A stretch of DNA of 64,000 nt from Rhizodiscina lignyota (Eukaryota). A program made the translations under genes and the position numbers. Under the pieces are notes generated by a model. It saw only the letters and a list, made by a program, of their open reading frames with translations, made no database searches and was not told the origin of the DNA. Each line of letters opens with the position of its first letter. The first letter of the stretch is position 1. Positions 49,675 through 61,252 of the stretch are shown piece by piece. Location: NCBI GenBank assembly GCA_010015805.1, contig ML978126.1, forward strand, positions 1,674,001 to 1,738,000, read 5' to 3'.

Positions 49675-51387
49675 ATGCCACTTCGATTCTTGGAACCGGA
49701 TGGATTCGTGGTGAAGAAGGCTCGCTCCCTGAAGGAACGCTTCCAGGATGCAACGACTTGTCTTCATCGAGACAAAGACGAGCATGGATGTGAAACTAGC
49801 TCTGCAGCTGGCTCTGAAACTGGTTGTGATCCTGGCTGTGGGACTCTCTTGCGCGAAGCACTTCGAAAAGTAGATCGGGGTGCTCGTCGAGCAGTACAAA
49901 AGCTCTACTTGAAGACTTGCGGGAATAAGAAGAAGTACGAGCGCGAGCCAGAGAAAGCCTCGCTCGAACAACTTGCACTTATCCGTTCTGCCTCTTCGAC
50001 TGAAGTCTTCCCTTCGCCGCCATCCTATAAGAGCTACGAGTCCTCAGAAAACGAGGAAGAGCGCATCTGGGGGCCCATCCTTACAATCCCGCAAGAGTCA
50101 TTCCTTGATCTGGCACTGAAACATGGCCCGATTGGCGATTTCGATGAAGATGGGAACTTCAAAGCAGTCACTGCGCAATGGATCAAACAAATGAGCGGCT
50201 CCAACAATCTGGTGACAATCATTGAGTACAGCAATGGTAAGCGAGTTGCCATCAAAGTCCCTGCATGCGGATGGCACAACAAGTGGATGAAGGCCGACCA
50301 AGAAGCAATGCGCATTCAAGTCAATACGATGAAGTATATGAAGGAGAAAGCCGGAGTGCCGATTCCAGACATAATCGCTTGGAACCCTACACTGACTAGC
50401 AAATTCGGCCATCCTTACATTATCATGGAGTGTCTGGAAGGCGAACCCGTGTGCTGGGCATGGTTCGACGATAGCCGTGGCCATATGTCACTGGAAGACA
50501 AGCGACGCAACATCTTAAGGTCCATCTCACAGAACATTAGCAAGCTTCATGCACTGAGCTTCGACAAAATAGGATCACTCTATTTTGACAAGGAGGACGA
50601 GACGCCGACAGTGGGACCTAATATCGACGTGTGGCCGGGCATGGCTGAGCGAAGCGAAAAGTATCTCAATCAAGATTTCGATTGGTTTCTCGAACCACCT
50701 TCCGAATCGTCTCAGACCTTCTTCCGGGAGCAGCTGGAGGGCTGGCACCAAGCTGCCATAGCGGACTGGCCATCTCTTGAGTCCGAAAACCAGATGGCTC
50801 GAATTCACGGAATGTACAAGCTATTCTCTGTCATTCTCGACTACTTCCCCTACTCGAAGCTCACTACTAAGCACGACTCGGGCCCGGAAACCTTTGTTCT
50901 TACACCACCCGACTTTGACTGGCAGAATATTATGGTCGATGATGACGGCAATGTCACGGGCTTTATCGACTGGGACCGCGTCTCTACAATGCCTAGGTAT
51001 TTGGGCTGGGCGGGCGCGCCTCAGTTCCTCATCCGCAACTATTATCATGACTACGAGTGGCCACGACGAGATGGCCTCGCTGCTTTGTCTCCGGCCGAGC
51101 ATACTCACTATCAGAAATTATACACGCGCTACATGGAGGATGCATGCCGCAATTTGGGTGATGATGTCCAGGATTGGAAGTTTACAAGCAAGAGCCATTT
51201 GATCGACAACCTCGCAGAGGCTATCGGCTGCGATGAAATGATGGAGGATACTCTCTGGAAGGTGTTGGACAATATCGCACCGTGGTGCAAGAAGTGGAAG
51301 TTTATTAGGGACATTGGTATGTGCGGCTGGGCCGACGGGCAGGAGGAGTGGTGCCGAGATGGACTCCGCAAGCTGTTGGCTTGTTGA
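49675..51387 (+). CDS. Aminoglycoside-phosphotransferase / kinase-like (APH family) protein
   Basis: GSNNLV, VAIKVP, MKYMKEKAGVPIPDI, PYIIME, PPDFDWQNIMVDDDGNVTGFIDWD. Intronless. Confidence 0.88.
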   Translation: MPLRFLEPDGFVVKKARSLKERFQDATTCLHRDKDEHGCETSSAAGSETGCDPGCGTLLREALRKVDRGARRAVQKLYLKTCGNKKKYEREPEKASLEQLALIRSASSTEVFPSPPSYKSYESSENEEERIWGPILTIPQESFLDLALKHGPIGDFDEDGNFKAVTAQWIKQMSGSNNLVTIIEYSNGKRVAIKVPACGWHNKWMKADQEAMRIQVNTMKYMKEKAGVPIPDIIAWNPTLTSKFGHPYIIMECLEGEPVCWAWFDDSRGHMSLEDKRRNILRSISQNISKLHALSFDKIGSLYFDKEDETPTVGPNIDVWPGMAERSEKYLNQDFDWFLEPPSESSQTFFREQLEGWHQAAIADWPSLESENQMARIHGMYKLFSVILDYFPYSKLTTKHDSGPETFVLTPPDFDWQNIMVDDDGNVTGFIDWDRVSTMPRYLGWAGAPQFLIRNYYHDYEWPRRDGLAALSPAEHTHYQKLYTRYMEDACRNLGDDVQDWKFTSKSHLIDNLAEAIGCDEMMEDTLWKVLDNIAPWCKKWKFIRDIGMCGWADGQEEWCRDGLRKLLAC

Positions 51388-51672
51388 TCTATCATCCCCT
51401 TGTTGTTTGACTATTACCATTAAGTTTTGCACTTTCACGGCGTCTTATCGCTTTGGCTTTTCATCATTGTTTAAAGGGCGTTTGATTCTTTGTTGCCGGA
51501 GCCGGCATCAACAAACTGATTGGCTTAAGCCTCAGTTCCAATAGGGAGTAGAATACATTGAATTACATTATTCCCCCCAATTACTCCACTTCAATATCGC
51601 AAGACCAGAATTTGAACATGATGCGCTCGCATGCTCTGCCATAATATTAGAAGAATCACAATATGAATAACA

Positions 51673-52251
51673 TTACGCGCCTGTATGCTCGATATCAATC
51701 TCCTTATGTTCGACCTTAGCATCTGGTGTCTTTGGAACAACAATTCTCAAAAGACCATACTGCAGCTTCGCCGTCATTTCATCGCGATCCACCGAGACCG
51801 GGAAGAAGAATGCCCTCATAATGGGACCGACGTGCCTCTCCTTGATCAATTGGTGGACAAGGTGGTGAGGTGGACCATGCTCCTCGGTCTTCTTGGCCTC
51901 AGGAGCAAACAATGAATCGGCATCGCTGGCCCCCTCTGGGATTGCTGGTGGTTCGGCTGTGACTTGCAAGAGGAGAGTGTTTGAGTTGGTCCACTTCAGT
52001 TTGATCGAGTCCTTGTTTTCAAGCCCAGGCAGTTCGATGTCGATGTAGTACTTGTCGATTGTCTCGCGGACATCTGCTCTGGGTGAGGGGAATGAGGACT
52101 CATGCCAGAAGTTGTGAAAGCCTTGTGACATCTTGTGGCGCGCGTTATAGAGCGGCATGTGATGTTCCGGAAATGTCTTGTTCAGAAAGGAGACATTGTA
52201 GAGTTCGGGGAGATAGAGAGGAAAGGCGGAAGAGTAAAGGTATGCTGCCAT
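51673..52251 (-). CDS. Small heat-shock protein (HSP20 / alpha-crystallin domain)
   Basis: PRADVRET…YYIDIELPG, ERHVG…RAFFFP…AKLQYGLLRIVVPK. Start MAAYLY in AAAATGG context. Confidence 0.88.
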   Translation of the reverse strand: MAAYLYSSAFPLYLPELYNVSFLNKTFPEHHMPLYNARHKMSQGFHNFWHESSFPSPRADVRETIDKYYIDIELPGLENKDSIKLKWTNSNTLLLQVTAEPPAIPEGASDADSLFAPEAKKTEEHGPPHHLVHQLIKERHVGPIMRAFFFPVSVDRDEMTAKLQYGLLRIVVPKTPDAKVEHKEIDIEHTGA

Positions 52252-52384
52252 TTTAATGTATCGGAATTCTTTCTGACGAGAATCACGAGATGGAGTTTTG
52301 ACGATTTTGAATGCGTACGCGTATCTTCTTTGCTGAGGTTGCTCCATGGTTTGAGCAAGAAGACTCACAGGATTTTGTAGCCAA

Positions 52385-52419
52385 TTCCAAGAAATTTCCA
52401 AGAAATTTCCCAGACATTC
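52385..52419. promoter_or_regulatory. Heat-shock-element-like array upstream of HSP20
   Basis: TTCcaaGAAatTTCcaaGAAatTTC contains two GAAnnTTC units, 130-170 bp upstream of the HSP20 ATG. Spacing between units is imperfect. Confidence 0.45.
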
Positions 52420-52941
52420 CCGGCGTTCTGAGGCGGTTCTCTATGTAGTTGGAGATGCTTGGCTCGAATGACCTCCTGTCACGCCACACCTACCTGAGAA
52501 GTGGTTGGACGGCTGCGGTGGCGCCACAACGCGATCGGCTTGTCATCAAGGCTCCTGAAAGCACTAGAGTCGTCTCCATACTCATTTATGAAGATGGCGC
52601 ATGAGTCGGCGGCCTCCGTTGTGCGATGGCCTGATGTTCTGACACGAAGAAGCGACGGCATTGGAAGCCGGTCCGGTACCGGGTGACCTCCACCCCTGCA
52701 AGTCGAAATGTGGTGATCAGCGGACTCTGAAGCTGAACAGCTCACCAGATTCTCGTCACCGAAATTCGGTATCCTGTTATCCTCATACGATGGCATGCTG
52801 CTGCGCCCCTCCTGGCGTGTATCCGCAAAGAGTATATATAAAATCCAAGCAGAAGGATGTGGACTCTCCCTGCACACATAACCAACAATCCACAAGTTTC
52901 AATCAACTAAATCAAGACCAAAAACCACCTCACCAATCAAC

Positions 52942-53457
52942 ATGACCGCATACATTGCAAGACTAGAGGAGATCGAGAAGATTCCTCGCAGCAATTCGCC
53001 ATACGACTACCACTCCAAACGCGCGGCGAATCAATTCGGATCCTTCCTGAGGAGAGAGGAGATCGAGATGATTCCTCGAAGCAACTCGCCATACGATTAT
53101 CACTCTAAGCGAGCGCCAAGGGAAGCCTCGAATGTTGCCAAGGTACCGACGATCCAACAAGAAGACTTCTCAGAGGCATGTGGTTCAGAAGCTTGTCCGG
53201 CGAAGAGCGCGAAGGTATGTGGCGACTCAAGAGTCGCGGTGTGACCATCGAGGTTGCTGTGTTACTGACAAGTCATGTAGACGGAGACCCAAGGCCAGAG
53301 CATGAAATGCCCTCAAGATCACAATATGGAATGGCAGAAGCACCAATGGTACTGCAAGCGCTGCCTTCTCGCCGATGAGGCGGCGGGCCTGAACGATCCT
53401 TGGGGCTTCTCCAGCGCCGGCAATTCAAGATCACCGAGTGCAGAGAGACTAGAGTAG
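52942..53457 (+). CDS. Orphan 149-aa protein with two 20-aa repeats and a C-terminal Zn-ribbon-like motif, 2 exons
   Basis: TATATATAAA at ~52833 and CAATCAACATG start. EEIE(K/M)IPRSNSPYDYHSKRA x2. Phase-0 intron 53215-53280 (GTATGT..CTGAC..TAG). Exon 2 encodes CPQDH…WYCKRC. Confidence 0.75.
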
Positions 53458-53769
53458 TAGAGCGGATAAAATGTTGGATATAGATGACTTCATGCTTGAC
53501 GGTTAATGTCGCATCGAATTAATGTACTCCGTAGCATGGAGCGGAACAGGAGCAATGGGACAAGGAAAACTGGGGTTTCACGCTATACCTCCTTCGGCGT
53601 TTTGAGGCTGTGCAGAGGCCACTGCACAGCAGGCTGAAATCTTCCATCAGGCTGGGCCGTGAGGCTCAAAATGTCTCTCAGAGCACAGAATACAGCTTCT
53701 ACTCTCTCATGAAAGCGCCCTCGACTACATTGCCTTTAGCTTTTGTGTTAGCATCAAGTGCCTCTCGCG

Positions 53770-54332
53770 ATGGCTGAGCCCGAATCACCATTCACGACAG
53801 GCACCAACCGATCAATCTCAAGATGAGACGTTTGACACGGCTCCAAAGGACCCGTTGGAGCCGATAGAAGAACATACATCGGAGGCAACATCATATGCCA
53901 CCTCTAAGCAGGAGCAAGCGCAGCATATACGAGTTATCGATGCGCTACTACAGCAGTCACATCGTACGACCATCTCTCAAGGCCCTTTCAACCTGAGTGA
54001 CGAAAACTGGGAATCACAACTTCAAGATCTGCGCACAAGGGACATGGAGGCTTTCCCAAAAGTGAATCCATATGGCTTTGAAAGACCACACCGGTCACTT
54101 TACGCAGTCCATATCATTTCTTCCACCTAGTATGAAGTTTAGTACACGAATACACCACCCCAACATCAGTTCTCAAGGTGAAATATGTGTGCATTCACAG
54201 GGGAAACAATGGAGTCCTGCACTAACTCCGTACCATATGGTTGTCGCTATCATCTCATTGCTTTCGGACACCACCGTGGAAGATCCGTTGGTACCTGAGA
54301 TTGCGGCTACGTACGTTCAAGCCCGAGAGTGA
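53770..54332 (+). pseudogene. Ubiquitin-conjugating enzyme (UBC/E2) remnant
   Basis: PPSMKFSTRIHHPNISSQGEIC…WSPALT…IISLL…DPLVPEIA is the C-terminal half of a UBC fold. It is out of frame with upstream sequence, the N-terminal half is missing and there is an early stop. Confidence 0.65.
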
Positions 54333-54490
54333 TACAGGTTTTCAAACTCACAACGTTATAAATGCAGGTGGGAAAGAGTTTCATGGTAATAACAGAAAGA
54401 TGCAAGCCGATCTAAATTTATGTACCAGATCTGTATGCCTCTGTGCTTCATGCTGATATGTGTTGGTCCTCATTTATCTTTCCATTTCCT

Positions 54491-55969
54491 CTACAGTTTC
54501 ACAGCCGGCAGTTTCCTGTTCCCAGGATCCTCTACGTCAAAATCGAATCGATCTGGTATTCGCAGACCATCCCTTGCGTAATTATACGTCCGATACCTCG
54601 CTACCGACGTCCCATCGCGCCACAACCACAAGTCACCGGTCGCTTCCTGCCATTTCTCGACTGCCTCCCTCATATCCTCCAAGATGGCCTTGTAGCCAGG
54701 ATCCTGCGCCAGATTCTTGATCTCGGCTGGGTCTTCTTCAAGGTCATACAGCTCCTCCGGAGGCCGACAAATATAATCTTTCAGTGTACGCTGCCCAATC
54801 ATCGCCGGCGAGAATTCTGTGCCGCTGTTGCGCATCCCTTCGAACGACAACGACGCATACAGGTCCATTGCAAAGGGGAAGTCCAACTTCCAACAGACAT
54901 TCCGATGGTACTTGTATCGCGGCGTGCGCATGTAACGAGTCGGCCAATAATTGGTGATCTCATGAAAGGTATGGGAACCATATACACTGCTCCAGTCTGG
55001 TAGCCGGCGCTCGCAGCTCGTAATTGGCAGTATCGATCGACCGCGCCTTGATCCTACGGCCTTCGTAGGCGTGTTCATACTTCCGTGTCCTGCCCAGTCA
55101 AGAAATGTGGGAAGTATGTCGACGTAAGAAATCAGATTCGGATTCACCACGCCGCTTGGTTGGCCGGGTACGCGAAGCAGGAAGGGCAATCGCACTCCGG
55201 CATCGTACAAAGTCGTCTTGGAGTTGACGAATGGGGGACCATTGTCGCTAAGGACAAGAACGAGCGTGTTATCCGCGGCTCCGCATCGTTCCAGCGCTGT
55301 TAACACCATTCCAATACCTTGGTCGAGTCGGTGGATTGATCGATAGTACTCAGCAAGCTCTTGCCGTACCTCTGGAAGGTCATTGAGAAACGGTGGAATC
55401 TCGACATCGTTCGGGTGGTAATAGCGATCCGAGAGCCTCGTATCGTAATTCCCGTCGACATTGCCAAAGCCTCCGCGAGAGCCCAGTAACCGGTGTGGGT
55501 CGACATATCCAATTGTGAGGAAGAATGGTTTGTTTTCAGCTTTGGCATCGTTGAAGAAGCGTTCTGCTCGATCGGCTACATCTGCAACATCTCTAGACTC
55601 GCTCTCCTGCCGCAACTGCCATGGATACAGATAGTCTGGGGAGACATGGACTTTGCCGATGATTCCAGTCTCGTAACCAAGCTTGTTAAACAGCAAAGGA
55701 GCAGTCTCGACATTGTCAAATGTTCTAAATCCATTCTTCTCTGCGACAAGACCATAGCTTCCGTTCTCATGGGTGTGAAGACCTGTGTAAATGACTGTTC
55801 GACTGCCGCTACATGATGCCGTGCTCGTGAATGCCATGTCGAACCGAGTTCCAGATGCTGCGAATCCGTCGATATTGGGAGTTTCTATCTTTTTGCAGCC
55901 ATAACAGCCGATTTGATCTCGACCGAGATCGTCGGCGATCATGAGCAGGATGTTTTTGGGCTGAGCCAT
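54491..55969 (-). CDS. Sulfatase, N-sulfoglucosamine sulfohydrolase-like
   Basis: NILLMIADDLG, CSGSRTVIYTG, GKVH, DPHR, SDNG, EELYDLEEDPAE. Intronless, no signal peptide. Confidence 0.9.
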   Translation of the reverse strand: MAQPKNILLMIADDLGRDQIGCYGCKKIETPNIDGFAASGTRFDMAFTSTASCSGSRTVIYTGLHTHENGSYGLVAEKNGFRTFDNVETAPLLFNKLGYETGIIGKVHVSPDYLYPWQLRQESESRDVADVADRAERFFNDAKAENKPFFLTIGYVDPHRLLGSRGGFGNVDGNYDTRLSDRYYHPNDVEIPPFLNDLPEVRQELAEYYRSIHRLDQGIGMVLTALERCGAADNTLVLVLSDNGPPFVNSKTTLYDAGVRLPFLLRVPGQPSGVVNPNLISYVDILPTFLDWAGHGSMNTPTKAVGSRRGRSILPITSCERRLPDWSSVYGSHTFHEITNYWPTRYMRTPRYKYHRNVCWKLDFPFAMDLYASLSFEGMRNSGTEFSPAMIGQRTLKDYICRPPEELYDLEEDPAEIKNLAQDPGYKAILEDMREAVEKWQEATGDLWLWRDGTSVARYRTYNYARDGLRIPDRFDFDVEDPGNRKLPAVKL

Positions 55970-56466
55970 GTTCTGCACGGATTGTTCGCTGAAACTCTCT
56001 ATGGACAATTGAATATTGGAGAAGATGCTATGTCGATTGCATACATCTAAGAAAATCAGATGTTCTCCGTCGAGATTGTCGAAAAATCCTAGACCGTACA
56101 TACAATGGCGTCACCGGACTGTCGGCCGACGAGCCGACAGATATTTGTCCAATCGATTGGCAAGGAACATGAGCTAAAATGATGGGGTTTTCGGCAAATT
56201 ATGGTAAAATGATACATAATGTTCGTATAGAAATTCATTTCGGTATTCCAATTATCGTTCTAAATTGCATTGTTGTCTTGCCACTCAAACTACCTCATCG
56301 TCATTCAATCTGAGCTCTTACTAAGCTATCCTGAGCTAGTGGCTCTGTGCTCCTGAGCTGCCAGTACTTATCAGTCAGAGTATTGAACAACGTTGTCTAG
56401 CAAACTTCAGAAATTAAGGGATGGTCTCTGAGTGAACTCCATGACTGGCTATCTTTCATTCCTGCC

Positions 56467-57716
56467 TTAGGTGGGCCACACTGTCTCTTCAACACGATAA
56501 ACCAGCTTCTCACCACTATACTTACCTTCTCGAAGTATCTGAAGACCTTCAAGCACTCCCTGAAGTCCCCCAGGACCCAGCCTTTGAGGATGTGGCTTCC
56601 ATTTGCGTTCAGCCCAAAGCTTTTCGGCGATTGGAAAGAATCCGACAGCGTACGCCAAGGCGTCCGGCTTCGCCTCGAACTTTGTGCCTTCGAAGATGTA
56701 GTCTTCTCCAGAAATGTCGTAGCCGAGGAAGAATGTCGACTTGACATCTGCCCTGGGACAGTCGGTCTCAAGCAGATTGACATATTGTCCGCCTTGAGCG
56801 CCGAAAGCATCTGCACAGATCGCCGCTGTTTCGGAAGTGTTGACGGTATCGAATACAAGCGACAGACCATCGTTCATCACTTTGCGAATCTGTCTTCCAA
56901 CTTCCGGAATGTGCTGTCAATGTCAGTTCCGCATGTTTACAACCGAAAAAGAAACCAATATAGTCATAGACAAGATCAGCTCCCAGGCTCTTGACGAAAT
57001 CAAAATTCCTCGGAGAACAGGTTGTTATCACTTTCAACCCAGATCTATTGATAGAACAGTAAGAGACCACCACGTAGAGCAGATGCATGCATAGCATAGA
57101 TCTATTGTAGTTACTAACAGTTTGGCCATTTGAATGGCGATCGATCCTGTAGCCGTGCTCCCTCCATAAATGAGGATCGTCTGACCGCCGCTAACAGGCT
57201 GTGACTGGGGGAATGGCAGACCAAGAATCTTGTAGAGACCAAATCCTGCAGACAAGACGCCCACGCCGACCGTGGATGCAGCTTCGAAACTTGTGTGGTC
57301 GGGGATACGCAGCTGGATGTCACCCTTGACAGCGATATATCGGGCAAACGCTCCATTCTCCGGGTTGGCATCGTTCCCTGAGTGAATCTTGTCACTTGAA
57401 GGTATGAATGATATTTGTTGGTATGCCGTAGCACTTGGTATGACATACCTCCGTGGCCATAGCCCGCAATACGATCCCCTTTGTTCCAGTTCTTTTTCAC
57501 CGCTTTCCCAACTTCTTCGACTATCCCCGCGTAGTCACAACCAACGAGTGTACCCGCATCCCCTGGTGCATCGAGGGTCGTCCAGTCGGTTGGATTGAGA
57601 GCAACAGCCACGGTTCTTACAAGGAGGTAATCATCGGAGACTTTGGGAAGAGGTATAGGTTTCAAGACTGCCTGACCCGTAGCCTGCCGGATCAGTCCGA
57701 AATTTTGCGATGCCAT
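56467..57716 (-). CDS. MDR-family trans-enoyl-reductase-like (LovC-like) oxidoreductase, multi-exon
   Basis: VAVALNPTDW, GCDYAGIV, ILIYGGSTATG, TTCSPRNFDFVKSLGAD, SGEKLVY. Confidence 0.9.
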
Positions 57717-58321
57717 GTTTTGAATAGCGATGGCCAACTGACTTTTAGGCGCTTTCCAACTAAAACTTAATCAACGACAACACTCTGGCGTCTCTTTATA
57801 CGGAGCAGTGACCGTGGAATACTTGCTGGAAGAAATGGAATCACTACCCGTTTAGGAATATGGCATTCCAGGTCTATGCGGCTAGTTAATGATCGGGATG
57901 ATTTCTCCAACTAGATGGAACCTTGGAATGGAACGACTAAAGTGCTTTTGGGATGTTTCATTCCATTCCTACTCACTGATACGGAGCTGAGCATCCCTGC
58001 TTGCCAATGGAAAAACAAGCTTTAAATAGCACTGATGACCCGCGATGTTGCCTATACCTATATGATTTCTGTAAAGTCTTAGTGAAGATGTGCCTATCCA
58101 TCTCCTTGGCTAGAAAGCCGAGTTAAAGGTGAGCATCCTGAGCCGCCCTGAGGTGTGGCAGTAATATGACAGGAGCCGAGGCTGAGTTGAACTAAAATAC
58201 TGCGGCGAGCCGGATGGACATATTCCATTTTCGGTAAGAACCCCCGAAGCTTGCGGAGCAGCACTTTACCGCATTTCTCAGCTTCATAACTTTCATTTTC
58301 ATGCCTAACAGAGACAAATAT

Positions 58322-60992
58322 TCACATATTGTCAACCTGAGAGGTTGCGCTAGAGTTCCAAGGAAAGTTCTCCTGCAAAATATCCAGATCTAGTGGGGGA
58401 AATTCCCAGATGTCAGATGTGACGTTCCAGTCATATCGAGCATTTGGGTCTGATATATCAATGACAGTAGGAGACACCGTTTCTGTCAATATCTGATGAG
58501 CAGCAGAGGGCGTGGCTTGCACAGTGGGAGAGGAAGTCCATCGCGACTGTTCTGGTGCCTGATTCGTCTCCGGCGCGTGCTTCTGAGGCACTTCTTTGCG
58601 GACCAGGCGGTAGATAGATAGGGGATTCAAGAGTGCATCAGGTGCGCTTGTTGTTGGGCTGCTCGCATTTCTTTGATGAGAATATTAGCGAGAGCTCTGA
58701 CGTAGAAGATTATAGTACTCACTGATTCGAATTCTCAAAGTTTGAATCGGCGCCTTCGGTTGGATCATCCGGGATCGCGGTTGCGTCGAGCCTTACGCCA
58801 GAAAAGCTTTTGGTGACCTTTTCCAGCCACTTCTCGCAATTGAGGCTCTATGTTCCCAAATTAGAAAGTAGACTCGCTATGGAGTTAGAGATCAGTATCG
58901 CTGGAGCTACCATACCAGAGCCAGCGCAAGTGGGAAGAGCGGAGACATTGCGCGCAAGGCCTCGTTGTTGCCTTTTATGTGCTTCACCGTCTCTGCGAGG
59001 ATTCTCTGAGACTCTTGGGAATTCGGGCTGATATATCGCGCGAGATAATACAGCATGACTCTGTTCGCGTTATACGTCAAACTCGGCAATTTCGTATCCG
59101 CAAGTACGTCTGCTCCATGTTGCAGGGCCGTCGAAAGAATCACAGCGATCTGCTGCGCATTATTGAAGCATTCTAATCGAGCGCGTTCTTGATATTCCTT
59201 CTGCTCCAGGGGGAAGTGGAGATGCTCTCGTATATTGAAAAGCTCTGGCAATCCGATTCGATAAAGATCGTAAACAGTCTGATGGTAGATACAGTTCAGG
59301 ACAAGCAATGCTCCAAGCTGGGAGGATTCCCGTCGGATGTAGATGGAGGAGGCGTTCCATTGGAGAGACTCGGGAAGATCGTTTTTCCAACGTCGTAGGT
59401 CGGACTCGATATTCGAGAATTCGGAATCTGGCAGCCACGGAGCTGCAGCTTCATCTAGGTGTTTGAAGTATCTACAGCAGAGTATTAGTACAATCGATGA
59501 AAGAGGCTGAGCTCGTTTACCGTAAGATCCTCTTCCATATCGCAACAAGGCGGATGTAGTGAGCTATTATTCCCAAGCTCTCCGACGAAGCAATCGGCAT
59601 CGAGACCGGAGTTATGAACTCCAAATCTTGGGGCGACTGCAAGTTTTGCGTAATAGTAGGTCTCCCGTGAAGAAAATCTCTGCTATTGCACGGCAATTGA
59701 ATCTTTATATCTGTCTCATTCAGCAGAGTCAATTGCTCCACGCCACTACCATTCCAAGTATCGATATCGTAGCACGCCCACATCAAGCGACGTCTTTCCT
59801 CCCTTTCGACCGCCGATGGCGCACCCCGCGATTCTCCGACGTAAAGTATGTCTGTAGAATACTCGAGGTTTATTTGGAGGGCACTTGCCATTCTGGCAGT
59901 CAGAGCGCTAAGCAGGAAGGCTTGCGCATGGTTACCGGAGCCGATTTCATAATCATGTAAGAGCAAAGTAGCCTAAATTGGTGAGTATGAGCAAGAATCG
60001 CAAGTATTGGAGAGCATTGTATACCATCAGGTTCTCGATGGATATATTGCCATAATCACCGAGGATCATGGATGTCGCTTGTTTGGCCCATTGAGAGCCA
60101 GCAAGCTGTACTTGCTTCAGTGAGAGTTGATACTGATCTTGGCGAGCATGAAGAGCATAAAATCTGTTAACGGTGTCTTCGTCAGCGGTCTTGCGGTCGG
60201 CTGTACGGAGATAGCCTTACTTCACCCCAATCGCGCAGACAATATATAGAAGCGCTAGTTCAGCCTTGCTAGAGAGCTTGTCCTCATCTAACCTTTGCAT
60301 GAAAGACGGTTTGTGAATGAATCCAAAACAGCGGAGCGGATGATGGTGGTTGAAGTACTGTTCCGCAAGGCGCCGACGAAGTGGCACTGATGGGAGCGCA
60401 CGAGAGAAGAGCCAGGAATAGAGACCATCCTCACGTATTCCTAGGTCATTTGATTCGGAATTCTCTGCTTCGGCAGACATGGTCGACTCCTCTCGAGGCT
60501 CATTGTTGCGTCTGGTCGATTGTTCGATTGAGCGGATCCAAGCCGGCGCCGAGTCTGTATCATAAACACAGGCTATTGATCGTGCAGCGCATCTTCGACA
60601 CTTTGGTCTCTCTCCAGAACATTTCAGCTTGGATGATCTACACTGATTGCAGGATCTGTAGGTTCTTGTTCTCTTTTCAACACGGGCAGAGGAACGTCCG
60701 TTAACAAGCGACTCCACTGCCTCTTCGCTCGAGCCAAAACAGTCCAGCTGTAATCTTTCGCATTGCATACACCTCCCAGGCCGTTTGTCGCATTTCACCT
60801 GCTCACCAGATTAGCTGAGAACTTGTAAAGGGCCCGTTGAACAAGACAGCCTACTTTTCGCGCACGACAGGTTCTACATCCTATGCTGGTCAGCACCTTA
60901 GCCAAGAAGAAGGGTGTTCGGCCTTTCCAACCTCTTGCAGAAGCCATTCACCTTTCCCGGCTCCCACGATGCGATTTCTCGGCTCGTCGCAT
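58322..60992 (-). CDS. Fungal transcription factor with two Zn2Cys6 clusters and a fungal-TF middle domain, multi-exon
   Basis: GCRTCRARK|VKCDKRPGRCMQCERLQLDC and SCNQCRSSKLKCSGERPKCRRCAARSIAC. Also FGFIHKPSF, EREERRRLMWACY, IQLPC. Confidence 0.88.
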
Positions 60993-61252
60993 TCCTGTTA
61001 CGGTCTTGAATGTGGAGAAGGAGATGTTGTAGGATAGCCAGGGTGGAGAATTCGGCTTGTCGGCGAACGTCTTCGGGTCGTCGGCCGCGGCCAAACTCTT
61101 CAGCGTTCTCCCTACTCTAACCAGCACCGCATTCTTGTCCGTCTCCCGCATTATTATTAAAGCCTGACCCCATGGGGTTATGCAAGATGGAGCTTATGTG
61201 GGCTTCTCTCTCGAAACTCTACCATACGTCCAGTGCATCGTTGTGGCCCAGT

